A stretch of DNA of 64,000 nucleotides from an uncultured virus (IMG/VR IMGVR_UViG_3300000301_000027) (Duplodnaviria; Heunggongvirae; Uroviricota; Caudoviricetes; Crassvirales), in the IMG/VR virus record IMGVR_UViG_3300000301_000027; one strand, given 5' to 3'. The position numbers were made by a program, and so were the translations under genes. Below the pieces are notes generated by a model, which was not told the DNA's origin, did no database searches, and worked only from the letters and a program-made list of their open reading frames with translations. Position 1 is the first letter of the stretch. Each line of letters opens with the position of its first letter. Positions 1-9,711 of the stretch are shown here, piece by piece.

Positions 1-1
1 T

Positions 2-124
2 TTCTATGGAGAGAATCCATTTGAATTAAAAGAATATAGAGTTGAAACAACAGAACCAGCTAAACCACAAGAAGTAGAAGAAAAGAAATCAGAAGATCCT
101 TATGATGATGACCTTCCATTTTAA
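2..124 (+). CDS. 3' end of a probable single-stranded DNA-binding protein (partial)
   Basis: Frame 2 reads FYGENPFELKEYRVETTEPAKPQEVEEKKSEDPYDDDLPF*. The acidic DDDLPF C-terminal tip is the SSB signature, and it sits directly before the primase. Confidence 0.7.
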   Translation, partial: FYGENPFELKEYRVETTEPAKPQEVEEKKSEDPYDDDLPF

Positions 125-131
125 TTAAGAT

Positions 132-1109
132 ATGTTAATTGGTAAACCTCTAACAACAGGAAATAAAGATGAATTAAAGTTATTATTTTATTTCTTAGGA
201 GAATTACCAGTAAACCAATTAATCAACAGTCCTCTAAGGGAAGATAATCATCCTTCATTTTATATCTATTATAATCCTGATGGTAAAATTTATTATAAAG
301 ATTTTGCTAGTGGAGAATATGGAGATATAGTTTCATTAATTCAATCTTTTTTACAATTGCCTACATTAGCAGATGCTTCAGAATTAATTTCTAAAACAGA
401 TGTAAAATGTGAATCTAACATAGCTTGTCATAGACTTAATTACACACCAAAAGAGAAAGAATATGAAATTAAAATAAGAATTAGAGATCTTAACTTAGAG
501 GATATTGAATATTGGGAAACTTATGGAGTAGATCATAAAAGATTAACAGAGTTTGGGGTTTATCCAATTTCACATTATTATTTAATTGATGGAGAATATA
601 ATCAATTATTTAGCACAAAAAACTATTGTTATGCATATACAGAATATTATTCAAAATTTTATTATAAAATATACAGACCTTATAGTAAAAGTGCTAAATG
701 GACTTCTAATATTCCTTTCAGTATTTGGGATTTGTATAATTATCTTCCTATTTCTGGAGATGTTGTAATTATTACCAAGAGTAGAAAAGATTCTATGTGT
801 ATCATGTCTAATAGTAGTTATCCTTCTGTTAACATGCAAAGTGAAACTGGAAATCCTTCTAAAGAAAAAATCAATGATCTAAAGAAAAGATTTAAAAATG
901 TTTTTATATGGTATGATAATGACTTTAACAAATCTCATAATTGGGGAAGAATGTATGCAACTGAGATTGCAAAGGCTCATAACTTAATTCAAGTAGAAAT
1001 ACCTGATGGTTTTGAATCTAAAGATATCTCAGACTTCCATAGAGACTTTGGAAAAACTGTTACTAAAGAATTAATTAAAGAACTTATAGAAAATGGAAAA
1101 CAAGTATAA
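132..1109 (+). CDS. DNA primase (DnaG-like, TOPRIM)
   Basis: N-terminal SPLREDNHPSF...YKDFASGEYGD (primase Zn-ribbon-like region); TOPRIM-like IITKSRKD and IWYDND; C-terminal SKDISDF. Confidence 0.8.
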   Translation: MLIGKPLTTGNKDELKLLFYFLGELPVNQLINSPLREDNHPSFYIYYNPDGKIYYKDFASGEYGDIVSLIQSFLQLPTLADASELISKTDVKCESNIACHRLNYTPKEKEYEIKIRIRDLNLEDIEYWETYGVDHKRLTEFGVYPISHYYLIDGEYNQLFSTKNYCYAYTEYYSKFYYKIYRPYSKSAKWTSNIPFSIWDLYNYLPISGDVVIITKSRKDSMCIMSNSSYPSVNMQSETGNPSKEKINDLKKRFKNVFIWYDNDFNKSHNWGRMYATEIAKAHNLIQVEIPDGFESKDISDFHRDFGKTVTKELIKELIENGKQV

Positions 1110-1491
1110 AGTAGCTGTATATGGCTCTTTAAGAAAAGGTCTATATAATCATTATTTAATGTCTCATTCAGACTTTATTAAAACTGTTAGTGTAGAAGTT
1201 CCTTTTAAAATGATTTCTATGTCAGATAGATTTCCTGCACTAATACCTACAAAAGAAAATAATCTGGTAGTATTTGAACTGTATAAAGTAGATGACAAGA
1301 CAGCAAGAAATTTAGATATCTTAGAAGGATATCCTGATTTTTATTCTAAAAAATATATTAAAATTGAAGATGAAGACTATCTAGTTTATTATCTATCTCC
1401 TCTAAAAATCACAAATGAGGAAGAAGTTGTAGAAAGTGGAGATTGGACAGAATTTAAACATAAAAAATTAACAACAAATAAAGAATCATGA
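1093..1491 (+). CDS. gamma-glutamylcyclotransferase (AIG2-like)
   Basis: VAVYGSLRKG..NH, LDILEGYP and SGDW motifs. Confidence 0.9.
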   Translation: MENKYKVAVYGSLRKGLYNHYLMSHSDFIKTVSVEVPFKMISMSDRFPALIPTKENNLVVFELYKVDDKTARNLDILEGYPDFYSKKYIKIEDEDYLVYYLSPLKITNEEEVVESGDWTEFKHKKLTTNKES

Positions 1492-2315
1492 GTTTATTTA
1501 CATCTCTTATTGGAGTTTCTAATAAAGGAACTAATTATTATTATACCACAAGTCCTTGTTGGGGAGCTTTTAATTCTTCTCTTAATACTAAATTACAAAC
1601 AGAAGGAGAAAAATATCAGTTTGTTAAAGTAGGAATCTTTACAGATGGATCTAAATTGTGTCTTACTAATAACACTTTCACTCCTAAGAAAGATATTGAA
1701 AAGTATCTTAATTATATAGGTGAAATTATGGGATGTCCATTAGTAAAATTTGAAGATTATCAAACTTGTTATGACTATCTTAGTTATGTTTCAAATAGCC
1801 CAGGTAAATTAGGAAAAGGAGATAAATCTGTAGAAAAATTTATGCAAGAGAATCCAAAAAATACTTTAAATGGATATCAAGCTACTTTTGATATTAGTAA
1901 ACCTATGGAATTATCTTCTGAAGCAAGACAATTGTTTTTCAAACATTTTGGACCATTAGTAAGAATGAGTTATGAAAACACATATAATCCTATTCTTAAT
2001 AGTGTATTGTCATATGAAAAGACTAAACCTTTTCTCTTTAAACATTTTACCTTCTATGAACTTTTATATTTAGAAGCTGTTAAAAGAGGTCTTACTGGAC
2101 AAGGTCATAGTGCTTGGCCTAGTAATTGTGAGCTTCCAAGTGTTAAAAGCTTTTTAGAAAAGATAAGAAGTAAATCTATACCTTCTAGTATGTTTAATTG
2201 TTTTCCTACAATTAAAAGTACAGAATTAGCTTCTGCAATATCAAAAATTATAGACATTAAAGATGAAAAGACTTTATTAGAAAAACTTTTACAATTAAAT
2301 ACATCTAAGAAATGA
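1488..2315 (+). CDS. hypothetical protein in ligase cluster
   Basis: 275 aa ORF with ATGA overlaps to both neighbours; no motif recognised. Confidence 0.75.
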   Translation: MSLFTSLIGVSNKGTNYYYTTSPCWGAFNSSLNTKLQTEGEKYQFVKVGIFTDGSKLCLTNNTFTPKKDIEKYLNYIGEIMGCPLVKFEDYQTCYDYLSYVSNSPGKLGKGDKSVEKFMQENPKNTLNGYQATFDISKPMELSSEARQLFFKHFGPLVRMSYENTYNPILNSVLSYEKTKPFLFKHFTFYELLYLEAVKRGLTGQGHSAWPSNCELPSVKSFLEKIRSKSIPSSMFNCFPTIKSTELASAISKIIDIKDEKTLLEKLLQLNTSKK

Positions 2316-2965
2316 ATATTTATATAGCTGGAGACTATGGAGTAGGATATGCTTACTGGTTATTAGATTTTTATAAAGAAGCTCTTATTACTAGAAATAT
2401 TCTAGAAGCAGATCTAATAATGTTTACTGGTGGAGCAGATATTAGTCCTTCAATATATGGAGAGAAAATCTCTAGAACATATTGGGGAAATGAACATAGA
2501 GATGAAGTTGAAATTGAAGTCTTTAAGAAAGCAGTAGAATTAGATATTCCAATGATAGGAATATGTAGAGGACTACAATTAATTTGTGGTTTATGTGGTG
2601 GAAGAGTTATTCAAGATGTATCTAATCATGCAGGATGCTCTCATAATATCACTTTTAAAGATGGATTTCAATGTATAACCACTTCTTTACATCATCAAAT
2701 GGTATATCCTTTTGAATTACCAGAAGAGAATTATAGTATTGAAGCATGGAGTACTGAAAGAAGATCTACTAAGTATATTAATGGAGAAGATAAACAATAT
2801 TCACAAATTCCTCCAGTAGAGCCTGAAGTAGTATTATTTTTTAAGGATAAACATAACAATCCTGTAAAATGTTTAGGAATCCAAGGACATCCTGAAATGA
2901 TGAAAATTGGAGAATTTCATAAAAGATTAATTCAACTTATTGACAATAACTTATTAAACAAATAA
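2312..2965 (+). CDS. class I glutamine amidotransferase / peptidase C26 family
   Basis: FTGGADISP, GICRGLQ (nucleophile Cys), SLHHQ, GIQGHPE (His-x-Glu). Confidence 0.9.
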   Translation: MNIYIAGDYGVGYAYWLLDFYKEALITRNILEADLIMFTGGADISPSIYGEKISRTYWGNEHRDEVEIEVFKKAVELDIPMIGICRGLQLICGLCGGRVIQDVSNHAGCSHNITFKDGFQCITTSLHHQMVYPFELPEENYSIEAWSTERRSTKYINGEDKQYSQIPPVEPEVVLFFKDKHNNPVKCLGIQGHPEMMKIGEFHKRLIQLIDNNLLNK

Positions 2966-2967
2966 AT

Positions 2968-3969
2968 ATGGAAAAAGTAGTAATTTTGTGTGGATTAGGT
3001 GGTAGACCTTCAATGAAAAAAGTATTTGCAGAAGTAAAAAATCCAAATGCTTATCTAGTTATTAGAAAAGAATTAAAAAAATCTAAAGGATATATCTTTG
3101 AAGTGTATTCTAAAGATGAGAATGGTAATATTACCATGACAAAAACAAAAAATATAGACTCTTTATTAGATAAATCTTATTTAATTAAATGGGGAAATAG
3201 AATTCAAGTAGATGATTTAGCAAATGTTGTTTACAATAATTCTTCTGCAGTAAAGAATGCTTCAGTAAAGAGTCTAGCTAGAAAACTATTTGCTGAGAAT
3301 GAGATTCCTTGTCCATTAAATATTACTCCTCAAACAGATAGATCTAAAGTTGTATTTCCTATTATTGGAAGACCTTTACTTCATCATCAAGGTAAAAACT
3401 TTTATACCTTTAATACATGGGAAGAATTTTTAGCTCACTATAATGTTCATAAGAAAGATCACTATTACAGTAATTTTGTTCCTAAAGTTAAAGAATTTAG
3501 AGCTCATGTAGCTCATAGTAAAATTCTTGCTTTGCTAGAGAAACCTAGACCAGAAGATCCTAATCAAATAGTATGGAATCATGCTCAAAATGCAGAAGCA
3601 TGGACAGTTATTGGATGGGATGATTATGGAAAATTTGGAAATCTTAGAGAAGGTGCTGAACCTACTAAGAATGATCTTAGATTAGCTAGAGCTTGTGTAG
3701 GAGCTCTTAATGCTTTAGGTCTAGATTTTGGAGCTGTTGATGTTGTAGTGACAGAAGATGGTTCTCCATATGTATTAGAAGTAAATACAGCACCTGAGTT
3801 ATCTAATTCAGAATATGCAGCAGCTAAATATTCTAAATATTTTGATTGGATTGGAGCTTATAATTTAGAAGAAGGTGAAGATAATAAAAGAGAACACTGG
3901 TCTTCTTTAGAATATATGAAATCTAAATCGTTCTCTTGGAAAGAAATTAATTTTAGACAGAATGACTAG
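2968..3969 (+). CDS. ATP-grasp amide/peptide ligase
   Basis: FPIIGRP, KEFRAHV, LGLDFGAVDV and YVLEVNTAP (ExN) motifs. Confidence 0.88.
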   Translation: MEKVVILCGLGGRPSMKKVFAEVKNPNAYLVIRKELKKSKGYIFEVYSKDENGNITMTKTKNIDSLLDKSYLIKWGNRIQVDDLANVVYNNSSAVKNASVKSLARKLFAENEIPCPLNITPQTDRSKVVFPIIGRPLLHHQGKNFYTFNTWEEFLAHYNVHKKDHYYSNFVPKVKEFRAHVAHSKILALLEKPRPEDPNQIVWNHAQNAEAWTVIGWDDYGKFGNLREGAEPTKNDLRLARACVGALNALGLDFGAVDVVVTEDGSPYVLEVNTAPELSNSEYAAAKYSKYFDWIGAYNLEEGEDNKREHWSSLEYMKSKSFSWKEINFRQND

Positions 3970-4531
3970 TAGAATTATTTCTTATAGAAATCCAGTAATA
4001 AGAAGAACAGATCTTACTATCTTTAACAGTTTAATGAGTTCAGATATTTATAATGGCCTGGATTTTATCCAGGTCTATACAAATACTTCTAGAGCTAAAA
4101 TGTTTTTAGATAAAGATTTATGTTCTCCTTTATATTATGATGGATATAAAGTAGAATATCTAAACTTAAAAGTCTATAATGAAGAAAATTGTGGACTAGA
4201 AGACACAATAAGTTTAGGTTATCATATGGATAATGGTGGTTTTAGAGGTATTACTAATATTGATAAATCTTTATTGACATATCAGCCTCAAATAGAATCA
4301 GATTATCCAGATTTAGTAGCTGTAGATACTAAGAGATTAAAGAAAGATTTTTGGAATCCTGATCCTAATTATTTGTATGATTTTATTTGTGCTTACAGAG
4401 AAATAGAAATTCCTTGGAAGACAGATCATAAAAAATTTTTATGTTATACAACATATGAAAAGGCAACAAAAGTTCTTATTGTAAGTGCAGTAAATCAAAA
4501 TTCACTTATTCAAAAAAAAAGATTAATTTAA
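3962..4531 (+). CDS. hypothetical protein in ligase cluster
   Basis: 189 aa ORF, tightly packed; no motif recognised. Confidence 0.7.
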   Translation: MTSRIISYRNPVIRRTDLTIFNSLMSSDIYNGLDFIQVYTNTSRAKMFLDKDLCSPLYYDGYKVEYLNLKVYNEENCGLEDTISLGYHMDNGGFRGITNIDKSLLTYQPQIESDYPDLVAVDTKRLKKDFWNPDPNYLYDFICAYREIEIPWKTDHKKFLCYTTYEKATKVLIVSAVNQNSLIQKKRLI

Positions 4532-4532
4532 T

Positions 4533-5261
4533 ATGATTTTACAAGTTATTAAAGATGTTACTCCTTTATCAGCAGGTATGTTAGTTTCTGCTTTGAGTAG
4601 CTATAAATATTCTCAAGAAGCAGATATCTTCAATAGATTAACACCAGCACCTTTTGAAGAATCTAATGTTGTTAGAGTAAATGGTGTATTAGGAACTCTT
4701 CCAAAAGAAAATTTTAAAATTTGTACAGTAGAAATTACTAATCCTAAACATCCTTTATATAAGAAAAAGTTTGAAATATCTTCTATTATTATGGAAGATC
4801 TTAAAACTAGACAGACATTTGAATTTGTAAATGGTGTATTAGATCCATTATCTATAAAAAGTATTGTGGTAGATACAGGAGAAAGAAAAGTAGAATTATC
4901 TCTTGGAGATACTCAACTGTCTTTTATAGATAATGCTGAAATTGAAGAATTTAAAGCTTATCTGAGATATGTTGATAGAGAAGAATATGAAGAAACTTTT
5001 TCTAGAGAATGGGAAGTTGATGAAGTTGAAACTGAAGAAGACAAAAAAATAGCAGAAGAAAAAGTCTATTTTTCTCATAATACAGGAACAATGACCTTGG
5101 AAAGAGGAACTTTATATGAAGTTATTAAATTCATGAAAAAGAATCCAGATACTGGAGAATATTTTGAAGTTCCTCAATCTCAAGCTAGAGTTGCTCAGGT
5201 ATTAGCAAATGGAAATTTTGTAACTGTATTATTAAGAAATGGTAATATTATAAGAAAATAA
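4533..5261 (+). CDS. hypothetical protein in ligase cluster
   Basis: 242 aa ORF with an acidic linker (EEYEETFSREWEVDEVETEEDKK); no motif recognised. Confidence 0.7.
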   Translation: MILQVIKDVTPLSAGMLVSALSSYKYSQEADIFNRLTPAPFEESNVVRVNGVLGTLPKENFKICTVEITNPKHPLYKKKFEISSIIMEDLKTRQTFEFVNGVLDPLSIKSIVVDTGERKVELSLGDTQLSFIDNAEIEEFKAYLRYVDREEYEETFSREWEVDEVETEEDKKIAEEKVYFSHNTGTMTLERGTLYEVIKFMKKNPDTGEYFEVPQSQARVAQVLANGNFVTVLLRNGNIIRK

Positions 5262-5263
5262 CT

Positions 5264-6082
5264 ATGAAAAGAGTAGATAACATCTTAATTGGATCTGATC
5301 CAGAATTATTTATTTATAACAAGGAAAAAGCAGAGATTGTCTCTGCAATTCCTTTTATTCCTGGTACTAAAGATGCTCCTTATATTATTGGAGATAAAGG
5401 ATATGCTTTACAAACAGATAATATTCTAGCAGAATTTAATATTCCTCCTACTAATAATGTGGATGAATTTGTAGAGCACATGAATTTTATGAAGGGATAT
5501 ATTCAAGAGCATCTAAATAAAATAGATCCTAATCTAACATTATTGCATCTACCTGATGGGCATTTAAAAGAAGAATATTTACAACATCCACAAGCAAAAG
5601 AAATTGGATGTTCTGAAGATTATAATGCTTGGAAAGATGGAGAAGTTAATCCTAAACCAGCAGAATTTCCAGGAACATTGAGGACTGTGGGAAATCATTT
5701 GCATATTGGATATAAAGATCCTGTAGCCCCATTAAATATTATTATTGTTAAATTTATGGATTTATTCTTGGGAGTTCCTTCAGTTATTATTGAACCTAAG
5801 AATGAAAGAAGACAAGTGTATGGTTCAGCTGGATCTTTTAGACATTGTAGATATGGCTGTGAATATAGATGTCTAAGTGGATATTTCTTAAAAGATGATA
5901 ATCTACTAAGATGGGCTTTTAACAATACTCTTAAAGCTATTGAAGAAGTAAATAAATATTTAAATGACGATGAAGATTCTATTGATATAGATGTATTAAA
6001 AGATGAAGTCTTAGCAGCTATGGGAGGGAATGTAGAAGTAGCTAAACAGCTTGTAGAGACATTTAATATTCCTATGGTTTAA
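5264..6082 (+). CDS. phiEco32-like COOH-NH2 ligase (glutamine synthetase-like fold)
   Basis: IGSDPELF, QTDNILAEFN, IGCSEDYNAW, LRTVGNHLHIG, RRQVYGSAGSFR, GCEYRCLS. Confidence 0.88.
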   Translation: MKRVDNILIGSDPELFIYNKEKAEIVSAIPFIPGTKDAPYIIGDKGYALQTDNILAEFNIPPTNNVDEFVEHMNFMKGYIQEHLNKIDPNLTLLHLPDGHLKEEYLQHPQAKEIGCSEDYNAWKDGEVNPKPAEFPGTLRTVGNHLHIGYKDPVAPLNIIIVKFMDLFLGVPSVIIEPKNERRQVYGSAGSFRHCRYGCEYRCLSGYFLKDDNLLRWAFNNTLKAIEEVNKYLNDDEDSIDIDVLKDEVLAAMGGNVEVAKQLVETFNIPMV

Positions 6083-6099
6083 TTATTTAAAATAATATT

Positions 6100-7905
6100 A
6101 TGTGTGGACTTTTTGGTTATATTGGAAAAGATAATAAAAGATTTAGTTGGGATAAGTTTAATGTATTAGGACTTTTTAATGATTCTAGAGGTGGTGATTC
6201 TTGTGGAAGGTATTTACTAGGAAGAGTTCTTTATGGAGTAGAAAAGAAAAAACTTTATAGAGATTTAGTTTTATCTTATAAAAATGATTCTGTATTTAAA
6301 GAAAATAATGTTATTTTAGGACATTGTAGAAAAGCTACTGTAGGTGCTCATACAGAAGCTAATGCTCAACCCATAGTATTATTAAATGAGTCTTTAACAG
6401 AAGAACAAAAAAAACAAGAAAATGTTTTAACAGAAGATTTTGTAATGATTCATAATGGTACACTCCAGAATCATGAAGAATTAGCTGAAAAATATGGTAT
6501 CAAAGAAGTTAAAGGTGAAACTGATTCTAAAATTCTAGCTAAACTAATTAAAAAAGAAGGATTTAAAATTTTAACTGAGTATATTGGTGCAGCTGCTATA
6601 GTTATCTATGATATTAGAGAAAAGATTTCTAGAGGAGTTGATGTAGTATATATTTTTAGAGGAAAATCTAAAGCTTATAATACTTCAACAACTTCAGATG
6701 AAGAGAGACCTTTATTCTTGTATAATATAGATGAAGATTATTGGTATTTTTCTTCTTTAGAAGAATCTTTATCATTTATAGATAATTCTAAAGATGATCA
6801 AGAAAGAATAGCTCCTGTAGAACCTAATACTTTATATAAATTTGAAAATGGAAAACTTGTAAGTAAAACTGTTTATGATAGGAGTGAATGTCTTCAAAAG
6901 AAACCTTATGTATCCACTTATACTGGTCATAATCACAATGCTTATGGTTATGATTATTATAGCTATGGAAGTTATGGTGATGATTATGAAGATGATGTTG
7001 CTTATCAGAGATATTGGGAGAGAGAGTCTGAAAGATATAAAGAAGGAAACAAATTTAATACTAAGAAGGAAGATAAAAAGATTCCAGTCTTAATAGTTCC
7101 TTCTAAAACTAAATTTGATAGTGAGATAGATAAAGAATCTATTGAAGGTTACTATGGTAGTGAGAATATTTTATTTGCTAGAGGTAGATATTATCATAAG
7201 AAACAATTGCTCAATGGAGTATATAATTGTTCTCCTTTAGGATATATAACTACAAGTAAATATACTTCAGATTATAAAGTATACTTTATAGATGGCATAT
7301 TAATTCAACCTCACTGCTATAAAATGGCTAAACAAATTTATACCTTAGCAGGAAAAGTGGATTATATTACACCTTTTATTGCTGAAAATTATCTATATCT
7401 TGGAGAAAATACTTTCACTAGATATGATTTCAAAGTAAAAGGAAATTTATTTGCAACAGGCTATTTTAGTCCTTTATTTTCTTTAAGAAGTTATTTAATT
7501 GTTAAGGGAATTAGTGAGTTTTATAAGACTTTTAATACTAAAACAGATTTTAATGATATAGGTAAGAGAGTAGGTATGTCTCATTACTATAGTAACTTTA
7601 AATCTGATAGAACAAATGTTTTAAGCCCTGAATGGTTAAGAACTGATTTCACTCAACTTTCTGAATGCATCAAATATTATTTTGGTGATCTAGGTTGGGA
7701 AGAATTTAAAGAAGATGTAAGGAACAATTATGAGGATTTATTATTAGCTCTTAAAAGTGAAAGTTTTGCACAAGTAGAACTATGTAAACAACAATTTTTG
7801 ATGTTTGTACAAGAATGTCAAGATATTACTGGACTTTCTGAATTAATTAAAGAAGCTAATGAGATTATTGAAGATTTAACTAAAACTTTAAAAACACTGG
7901 ATTAA
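6100..7905 (+). CDS. class II (Ntn) glutamine amidotransferase with long C-terminal extension
   Basis: Starts MCGLFG; RGGDSCG, GHCRKAT, NAQP, HNGTL, ETDS motifs. Confidence 0.9.
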   Translation: MCGLFGYIGKDNKRFSWDKFNVLGLFNDSRGGDSCGRYLLGRVLYGVEKKKLYRDLVLSYKNDSVFKENNVILGHCRKATVGAHTEANAQPIVLLNESLTEEQKKQENVLTEDFVMIHNGTLQNHEELAEKYGIKEVKGETDSKILAKLIKKEGFKILTEYIGAAAIVIYDIREKISRGVDVVYIFRGKSKAYNTSTTSDEERPLFLYNIDEDYWYFSSLEESLSFIDNSKDDQERIAPVEPNTLYKFENGKLVSKTVYDRSECLQKKPYVSTYTGHNHNAYGYDYYSYGSYGDDYEDDVAYQRYWERESERYKEGNKFNTKKEDKKIPVLIVPSKTKFDSEIDKESIEGYYGSENILFARGRYYHKKQLLNGVYNCSPLGYITTSKYTSDYKVYFIDGILIQPHCYKMAKQIYTLAGKVDYITPFIAENYLYLGENTFTRYDFKVKGNLFATGYFSPLFSLRSYLIVKGISEFYKTFNTKTDFNDIGKRVGMSHYYSNFKSDRTNVLSPEWLRTDFTQLSECIKYYFGDLGWEEFKEDVRNNYEDLLLALKSESFAQVELCKQQFLMFVQECQDITGLSELIKEANEIIEDLTKTLKTLD

Positions 7906-7908
7906 TTT

Positions 7909-9312
7909 ATGTTTAAGAATGATTTTAATGTAGAAGAAGGAGTTCATTATTTCTTAACTCAAACTATTCCTAGCAGAAGTAGATATTATGATTTTGAGAA
8001 AAAAGAGATGAGAAGTTCTACTTCTTCTCTTATTTATGGAGTTGTAAATTTTGATCCTCTATCTCAACAATATTATTATGGTTTCTTTAGTAGAAATTAT
8101 GCTAAAAATGCTTCTGTAAACATTCTTGGAAATGTAGTTACTGTATTTGATAAGAAATATTTAAAAGAAGTTGGATTCTTGGAAGTTGATCCAGATATGT
8201 ATATTAATCCTAGAAATCTTATCTATAAATACAATGGAAAGCTTAGTATGGGAAATAATTATAAAACTCCTGTTAGAAATAGAAAATATCCTTGGATGTA
8301 TGATTTCCCAAATAACTATGGAGCTAAATTTCTATTAGAAGATTTCAAAAGGTATCATTCTGACAATTACATTCCTAATAGAACAGGTGTATTTAACCTT
8401 CCAAATTTAACTTTTGGAATAGAATTTGAAACATGCTCTGGTTCAGTACCACAATCAGAATGTGCTAGATTAGGATTAATTCCTTTAAAAGATGGTTCAA
8501 TAACAGGAAATGAATATGCTACAATTCCTCATAAAGGAAAAGAAGGTATTGGTGTATTACATGAAACTTGTGAAGTATTACAAAATTATTGTGATATTGA
8601 CCATCAATGTTCTCTTCATGTTCATGTAGGAGTTCCTTCTGTAGATAAAACACTTGTTGTTGCAGCATATCATTATTTTAAAACACTAGAACCTCAAATT
8701 TTAGCTATGTTTCCATCAATGATGACTGCATCCTCTTCTTTTAAGAAAGGAGATAAAGATTATTGTAAAAAACTAGCTAAAGATGCTTGTGATAGTAGTC
8801 TTAGTGTAGAAAAACAATTTAAACAGTTGTTTGATATGTATGCTGAAACTCCAGGTTTTGTATTTGAAGGATTTGGAGCAAATCATCCACATGATAGAGA
8901 TGGTAATAGAAAATGGGAAGTGCATGCTAGATATAAATGGGTAAATCTTGTAAATCTTATTTTTGGTGGAGCAAAAACTATTGAATTTAGAATTCATACT
9001 CCAACATTAAATAAGTATAAAGTAATTCCTTGGGTATATATCTGTAATTCCCTAGTGTGGTACTTGCTAAATCATCAGGATGAAATTATTAAGAGTGCTT
9101 CTAGTGGTAAACTTAAAGTAGATCTTAATTCTATTATTTCTAGTTGTTTTAAGGATAGAACAATTGTAGATTATTTATTGTCTTATATTTCCCATAGAAT
9201 GAAAATGGTAGTACAACATCAAATATCTTATGGAGATAGATGTGGCTTCATTGAAATTCTAGATGATTTTGCTTATTCATATGATTATAAACAAATTGAA
9301 TTAGTAAAATAA
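7909..9312 (+). CDS. putative amidoligase (COOH-NH2 ligase superfamily)
   Basis: TFGIEFE, DGSITGNEY, CSLHVHVG, RYKWVNL, KTIEFRIH. Confidence 0.85.
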   Translation: MFKNDFNVEEGVHYFLTQTIPSRSRYYDFEKKEMRSSTSSLIYGVVNFDPLSQQYYYGFFSRNYAKNASVNILGNVVTVFDKKYLKEVGFLEVDPDMYINPRNLIYKYNGKLSMGNNYKTPVRNRKYPWMYDFPNNYGAKFLLEDFKRYHSDNYIPNRTGVFNLPNLTFGIEFETCSGSVPQSECARLGLIPLKDGSITGNEYATIPHKGKEGIGVLHETCEVLQNYCDIDHQCSLHVHVGVPSVDKTLVVAAYHYFKTLEPQILAMFPSMMTASSSFKKGDKDYCKKLAKDACDSSLSVEKQFKQLFDMYAETPGFVFEGFGANHPHDRDGNRKWEVHARYKWVNLVNLIFGGAKTIEFRIHTPTLNKYKVIPWVYICNSLVWYLLNHQDEIIKSASSGKLKVDLNSIISSCFKDRTIVDYLLSYISHRMKMVVQHQISYGDRCGFIEILDDFAYSYDYKQIELVK

Positions 9313-9711
9313 ATGGAAATTTTTATACCAGGTAATGTTCCTAGTAGCAAAAATTCTAGAATGATGACAAAGAGTGGGCTTTTAATTAAGTCTCCTCTTT
9401 GTTTTAAATATGAGAAAGCTACAAAGGATATTTTTGTTGAAAAGTCAAAAGAGTTTAGAGAATATGTAGGAGAAATAGACAAACCTTTGTTTATTAGACT
9501 TCATTTTGTTAGGGATAGTAAAAGAAGATGTGATTTTCATAATCTAACCCAATTTATTGCAGATTTACTAGTTAAAAATGGATGGATTGAAGATGATAAT
9601 ATGAATCAAGTTTTCTTTGTCCCTTATAAAATTGAAGGAAAATGGTATTCTGTTGATAAGGAGAATTGTGGTGTTTGGATAAAAGTAGATCAATGGAAAA
9701 TTTCAGATTAA
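9313..9711 (+). CDS. RusA-like Holliday junction resolvase
   Basis: IPGNVPSSKN, RRCDFHNL, DLLVKNGWIEDDN pattern. Confidence 0.75.
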   Translation: MEIFIPGNVPSSKNSRMMTKSGLLIKSPLCFKYEKATKDIFVEKSKEFREYVGEIDKPLFIRLHFVRDSKRRCDFHNLTQFIADLLVKNGWIEDDNMNQVFFVPYKIEGKWYSVDKENCGVWIKVDQWKISD

